From: an uncultured Gemmatimonadales bacterium
Lineage (GTDB): Bacteria; Gemmatimonadota; Gemmatimonadetes; Gemmatimonadales; GWC2-71-9
Reading direction: 5' to 3'
DNA: 64,000 nt
NCBI GenBank assembly: GCA_963822925.1
Contig: CAWGJN010000001.1
Location: 217,622-281,621 of the forward strand
Part shown: positions 59,932 through 64,000 of the stretch, in pieces
Position numbering within the stretch: the stretch's first letter is position 1
How the letters are laid out: every line of letters starts with the position of its first letter
Program-made: the position numbers and the translations under genes
Notes under the pieces: model-generated
Databases searched by the model: none
What the model saw: the letters and a program-made list of their open reading frames with translations, nothing else
Told to the model about the DNA's origin: nothing

Positions 59932-61041
59932 ATGACTGACGTGCTGACTGATATTTCTGCCGCTCCGTCCCGCGCCGCCACGGCGCCGGAGAGCGAACCC
60001 GCCACCCGCGCCTCGCGCGTACGACTCGTGGTGATCCTGTTCCTGGTGGCGGCCGGCGCCGCGTGGGGTATTCGCACCTGGCTCGCCAGCCGGCTCGTCG
60101 TGACCAGCGACAACGCGCAGGTCGACGGGCATATCACGCCGATCGCGCCCAAGGTACAAGCCTTCGTGAGCCGCGTGCTGGTGGAAGACAACCAGCAGGT
60201 GAAGAGGGGTGACACGCTGGTGGTGCTGGACGCGCGCGACCTGCAGCTGCGGCTGGAGCAGGCCCGCGCCGACCTCGCCTCGGCCCGTGCCCAGGCCGGT
60301 ACGGGCCGCAATGCGGGCCAGGCGGCGGCGCAGCTGGCTGCGACGCAAGCACAAGCGGCGGGCGCGGAAGCCACGGTCGCGGCGGCGGAAGCCGCGGCCC
60401 GGAAGGCGGCGGCCGACCTCGAGCGTTATCGCGGGCTGGCGGCCACGAAGGTGATCGCGGCCCAGCAGCTCGATGCAGCCCAGGCCGCCAATGACGCGGC
60501 GATCGCCAACCTCGATGCGGCGCGGCGCCAGGCGACCGCGGCGAGGAGTCAGATCGCGGCCTCTGCGGCAGCTCTGAAGGGCGCTGATGCCCGCCTTGCG
60601 GCGGCGGACGCCGCGGCGGGCACTGCCGAAACCCAGGTGGGATACACGGTCATCACCGCCCCGATCAGCGGGATCGTCGCGCGCCGCCGGGTGGAGCCGG
60701 GCGAACTGGTGCAGCCAGGCCAGGCCCTGTTGTCGATCGTTCCATCCACCGACGTGTGGGTGACCGCGAACCTCAAGGAGACTGAGCTGCAGAACGTGAA
60801 AGTGGGCGACCCGGTCGAGTTCACGGTGGACGCCTATCGTGGCACCACTTTCAAGGGCACTGTCGAATCGCTCAGCCCGGCCACGGGTGCGCGCTTCGCG
60901 CTGCTCCCACCCGACAACGCGAGCGGCAACTTCACCAAGGTGGTGCAGCGCGTACCGGTGCGGATCGCAGTACCGGCGGAAGATCCGGCGCATCCGCTCC
61001 GGCCTGGCATGTCGGTGGACGTGAAGATCCGGGTCAAGTAG
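59932..61041 (+). CDS. HlyD-family membrane fusion protein (EmrA-like)
   Basis: ORF 59707..61041 trimmed to ATG 59932 (MTDVLTDISAAP). TM anchor, lipoyl-like VKRGDTLVVLD, a long Ala/Gln coiled coil, and ITAPISGIVARRRVEPGELV. Confidence 0.85.
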   Translation: MTDVLTDISAAPSRAATAPESEPATRASRVRLVVILFLVAAGAAWGIRTWLASRLVVTSDNAQVDGHITPIAPKVQAFVSRVLVEDNQQVKRGDTLVVLDARDLQLRLEQARADLASARAQAGTGRNAGQAAAQLAATQAQAAGAEATVAAAEAAARKAAADLERYRGLAATKVIAAQQLDAAQAANDAAIANLDAARRQATAARSQIAASAAALKGADARLAAADAAAGTAETQVGYTVITAPISGIVARRRVEPGELVQPGQALLSIVPSTDVWVTANLKETELQNVKVGDPVEFTVDAYRGTTFKGTVESLSPATGARFALLPPDNASGNFTKVVQRVPVRIAVPAEDPAHPLRPGMSVDVKIRVK

Positions 61042-61051
61042 CGGCAGCAAC

Positions 61052-62638
61052 ATGGCCATCGCCGCACTTCCCCTGCGCCTCGAGCGATCGGAAGCGGAGG
61101 TCTACCGGCACCGGTACCTCATCGCGTTCGCCGTCACGCTCGCCAGCGTCCTCGAGCTCGTGGACACGAGCATCGTGAACGTGGCGATTCCGCACATGAT
61201 GGGGAATCTGGGCGCGACGCTGGAAGAAGTGGCCTGGGTGAGCACCGGCTACATCGTGGCCAACGTCATCATCCTTCCGCTCACGAGCTGGTTCTCCGTC
61301 CGCTTCGGGCGCCGGAACTACTACACCGGGTCGATCATCCTCTTCACGACGGCCTCGTTCTTCTGCGGCAGCGCGCGAAGCCTCGAGGCACTCGTATTCT
61401 GGCGCGTCATTCAGGGGATCGGCGGCGGGGCGCTCATCTCCACGGCACAGGCGATCCTGTTCGATGTGTTCCCCCTCAAGGAACGGGGCACCTCCACTGC
61501 CATCTTCGGCATGGGCGTCATGGTGGGACCGGCTCTCGGTCCCACACTGGGCGGGTGGATCACCGATAACTACTCCTGGCCCTGGATCTTCTACATCAAC
61601 ATCCCGCTTGGCATCCTGGCGGCGTACCTCACCTGGTCGTACGTGCCGGAACCACGGTACAAGGCCCGTCAGGACGGCGGCGTGGACTGGCTCGGCCTGC
61701 TCTTCCTCATCATGGGTGTGGGCGCGTTGCAAATCCTGCTCGAGCGGGGCGAGTCGAAGGACTGGTTCGAGTCGCGGGAGATCATCATCGAAACTGCGAT
61801 CGCGGCGTTCGGCCTGATCGCCTTCGTATGGCATGAACTCACGACACCCCACCCGATGGTGAACCTGCGCGTGCTGAAGCGGCGGCAGCTCGCCGTGGGC
61901 GTGCTCTTCGCCAGCATCCTTGGCTTCGCGCTGTACTCGAGCGTCTTCGCCCTGCCGGTCTTCCTGCAGAACTACCTCGGCTTCAGCGCCTGGGACACCG
62001 GGCGCGTGCTGCTGCCGGGGGCCATCGCGACCGCGGTGACAATGGCGTTTGCCGGTCGGATGGCGAACAAGATCGACGTGCGCCCGATGATCGCGTTCGG
62101 CGTGGTGCTCTTCGCGCTCTCGATGCGGCTGCATTACCACTTCACGCTGGAGACCGGGCAGGGCGACCTGTTCTGGCCCATGATCCTTCGTGGTGTGGGC
62201 CTCGGCCTCATCTTCGTGCCGCTGACCGGGCTCGCGGTGGCAGGCCTGCCGGCATCAGACATTCCCCAAGGCACGGGCCTCTATAACCTGAGCCGGCAAC
62301 TGGGCGGGAGCTTCGGCATCGCGATCACCGCCACCCTCCTGACGCACTTCCGCGAGCAGAGCCGAGAGGCGCTTCGGGCGCACGTCACCGTGTACGACGA
62401 GGCCACCCGCGGCTGGCTCGCGCAGGTGACGCAGAAGATGCTGGGCGAGACCGGCAGCCTCGCGGCGGCACAGCAGAAGGCCCAGGCCCTGCTGGCCCGG
62501 GTGATCGAGGGCCAGGCGGGGGTCATCGCCTTCGAGAAGGTCTTCTTCATCATGGGCGCGGCGTTCCTGCTGGCCACGCCGCTGCTGCTGCTGTTCCGGA
62601 CCGGCCGCGTCAGTGGCAGTGGAGGGGCCGCGCACTAG
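61052..62638 (+). CDS. MFS transporter, DHA2/EmrB family (14 TM)
   Basis: ORF, 528 aa. LDTSIVNVAIPHM and GRRNYYTGSIILFTTASFFCG motifs typical of EmrB/QacA-type exporters. Confidence 0.9.
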   Translation: MAIAALPLRLERSEAEVYRHRYLIAFAVTLASVLELVDTSIVNVAIPHMMGNLGATLEEVAWVSTGYIVANVIILPLTSWFSVRFGRRNYYTGSIILFTTASFFCGSARSLEALVFWRVIQGIGGGALISTAQAILFDVFPLKERGTSTAIFGMGVMVGPALGPTLGGWITDNYSWPWIFYINIPLGILAAYLTWSYVPEPRYKARQDGGVDWLGLLFLIMGVGALQILLERGESKDWFESREIIIETAIAAFGLIAFVWHELTTPHPMVNLRVLKRRQLAVGVLFASILGFALYSSVFALPVFLQNYLGFSAWDTGRVLLPGAIATAVTMAFAGRMANKIDVRPMIAFGVVLFALSMRLHYHFTLETGQGDLFWPMILRGVGLGLIFVPLTGLAVAGLPASDIPQGTGLYNLSRQLGGSFGIAITATLLTHFREQSREALRAHVTVYDEATRGWLAQVTQKMLGETGSLAAAQQKAQALLARVIEGQAGVIAFEKVFFIMGAAFLLATPLLLLFRTGRVSGSGGAAH

Positions 62639-62708
62639 CCACCCCGCCGCACCGGGCCGGGGCCTATATTTGGCCCATGCCGGCATCGCCGTCCGTTGAT
62701 CGCCCCCA

Positions 62709-64000
62709 ATGACGTTCCAGCAGAAACTCCTTCTCGGCTTCGGGCTCATGGTCCTCCCGGTGCTGCTGGTGGGCGCCGAGGCAATCCGCAGCAACGCGCT
62801 GGAACGCCGCGCCCTGGAAACCCTCGGCGAGAGCCTGACACGGACCCGGACCTACTCCGAGGTAGAGACGGCGATGTTCAACCAGAGCGAGGTGATCTGG
62901 CGCTCCCTCAGCGGCATGGAGCCGCGCGCGCGCGAGGAGTTCCGGCTCAGTAGCGAGGTGGTGGACTACTGGCTTGATCGCTGGACCTCCGAACTGCAGC
63001 CGGACGAGAAGGAACTGGCCGATGGCGTGCGGCACATCGAGATGGAGATCCGCGCGGTAGCAGACAGCGTCTTCGTGTTTGAAGACCTCGGGAAGCGCGC
63101 AGAGGCGTACGCCCTGGCGAAGGGGCAGATGAAGGAGCGGCTGCTCCCGGCCCTCACCGAGCTGAATCACCAGATCTACCGGCGCGCGCGCGAGTTCAGC
63201 GTGTCCCGGGCGTTCAGCCGCGTGGCCGAGATCGTGAACAGCGAGCGCACGCTGCTCTTCTGGATCCTGCTGCTCTCGGTGGCGGCCGGGTTCGCCGGGG
63301 CATGGCTCATTGCGCGCAGCCTGGCGCGTCCGATCGGCGAACTGCGCCAGGCGATGGCGGTGGTGGGCGGCGGCGATCTCGACCACCCGATCACCCCGCG
63401 TTCCGGCGACGAGATCGGCGACCTCGCGCGGAGTTTCCGGCAGATGACGGCCAACCTCCGTCAGTCACGTGCCGACCTGGTGCACCTCAACGCGGAACTG
63501 GCGGCCAAGGTGGGCCAGCTCGAGACCGCGCAGGCCCGGCTGGTAGAGCAGGAGAAGCTGGCGTCGGTGGGACAGATGGCCGCGGGCGTGGCCCACGGCC
63601 TCCGCAATCCACTGGCGAGCCTGCGCGCGTCCGCGCAACTTGCGCTGCAACATCCCGATTCGCCGGCGGGACGCGAGTCACTCGAGTCGATGATCAGCGA
63701 GGTAGATCGGCTCGACAAGCGCATCGCGCACCTGCTCACGTTCTCGCGCCCGGCGCCGGTGCATGCCATGCGCGAGAACCTGGCGACGCTCGTGGCGGGG
63801 CTCGTGCCCGGCCTCAGCCAGCTCCTGCAGGACCGGGCGGTTACCCTGCTGGCCGACCTGCCCCAGGACCTTCCCGACACCATGCTCGATCCCATGAAGG
63901 TGGAGCAGACGATGCACGAGCTCATCGCCAACGCGCTCGATGCGATGCCCGGCGGCGGTACGCTCCGGCTGGCCGCGCACGCCAGTGATGATCGGCGCAG
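62709..64000 (+). CDS. Sensor histidine kinase with HAMP domain, partial (runs off the window)
   Basis: Absent from the ORF track because there is no stop. Manual translation from ATG 62709 (MTFQQKLLLGFGLMVLPVLLVG) stays open to 64000. HAMP ARSLARPIGELRQAM...GDEIGDLARSFRQM, H-box QMAAGVAHGLRNPLASL, N-box HELIANALDAM. Confidence 0.85.
   Translation, partial: MTFQQKLLLGFGLMVLPVLLVGAEAIRSNALERRALETLGESLTRTRTYSEVETAMFNQSEVIWRSLSGMEPRAREEFRLSSEVVDYWLDRWTSELQPDEKELADGVRHIEMEIRAVADSVFVFEDLGKRAEAYALAKGQMKERLLPALTELNHQIYRRAREFSVSRAFSRVAEIVNSERTLLFWILLLSVAAGFAGAWLIARSLARPIGELRQAMAVVGGGDLDHPITPRSGDEIGDLARSFRQMTANLRQSRADLVHLNAELAAKVGQLETAQARLVEQEKLASVGQMAAGVAHGLRNPLASLRASAQLALQHPDSPAGRESLESMISEVDRLDKRIAHLLTFSRPAPVHAMRENLATLVAGLVPGLSQLLQDRAVTLLADLPQDLPDTMLDPMKVEQTMHELIANALDAMPGGGTLRLAAHASDDRR

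Overview
GC-rich bacterial chromosomal segment with about 50 genes. No rRNA, tRNA, CRISPR array, transposase or integrase was recognisable. Gene content (GWxTD protein, PorV, SprA, roughly 1100-aa TonB-dependent receptors with a carboxypeptidase-regulatory-like N-terminus) suggests an FCB-group organism, possibly Gemmatimonadota; this is inference only. Left to right: (1) a type I PKS (KS-AT-DH, truncated by the window edge) translationally coupled to a type II thioesterase; (2) a long minus-strand array of Wzm/Wzt-type ABC exporter, pilC-pilT-pilB, a ComEA-like protein, an M28/glutaminyl-cyclase-like lipoprotein and a giant SprA-like T9SS protein; (3) an LptF/LptG pair, a TonB-dependent receptor, ctaB, a GWxTD protein, PorV, a roughly 1330-codon secreted protein with a T9SS-type C-terminal domain, and a second TonB-dependent receptor; (4) an M24 peptidase plus V4R protein, divergent from a six-gene translationally coupled operon (DUF92, geranylgeranyl-reductase-family flavoprotein, flavin reductase, methyltransferase, SRPBCC, KAS II) of unassigned function; (5) ccmABCD, STAS protein, acs, kup, DsbA-like, OsmC, CDP-alcohol phosphatidyltransferase, a cNMP-binding/GalU-like/AdoMetDC-like operon, M16 peptidase and a TPR protein; (6) a TetR-TolC-HlyD-MFS efflux operon and a partial HAMP histidine kinase. 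The most unusual observations follow. Frameshifts are strongly clustered: about two dozen frame switches in the T9SS-cargo gene, three in the adjacent receptor gene, and single ones in pilC, sprA, another receptor and the M24 peptidase, but none in the last 27 kb. An inverted heptad-repeat element (GTGAACS units) occurs at two gene ends. Gln follows the predicted signal-peptidase site in 6 of 7 exported proteins, and a cyclase-like M28 gene is coupled to sprA. The biosynthetic operon is uncharacterised. Many long ORFs in the track are antisense or out-of-frame artefacts of the high GC content. The track also translates GTG/TTG starts as M.
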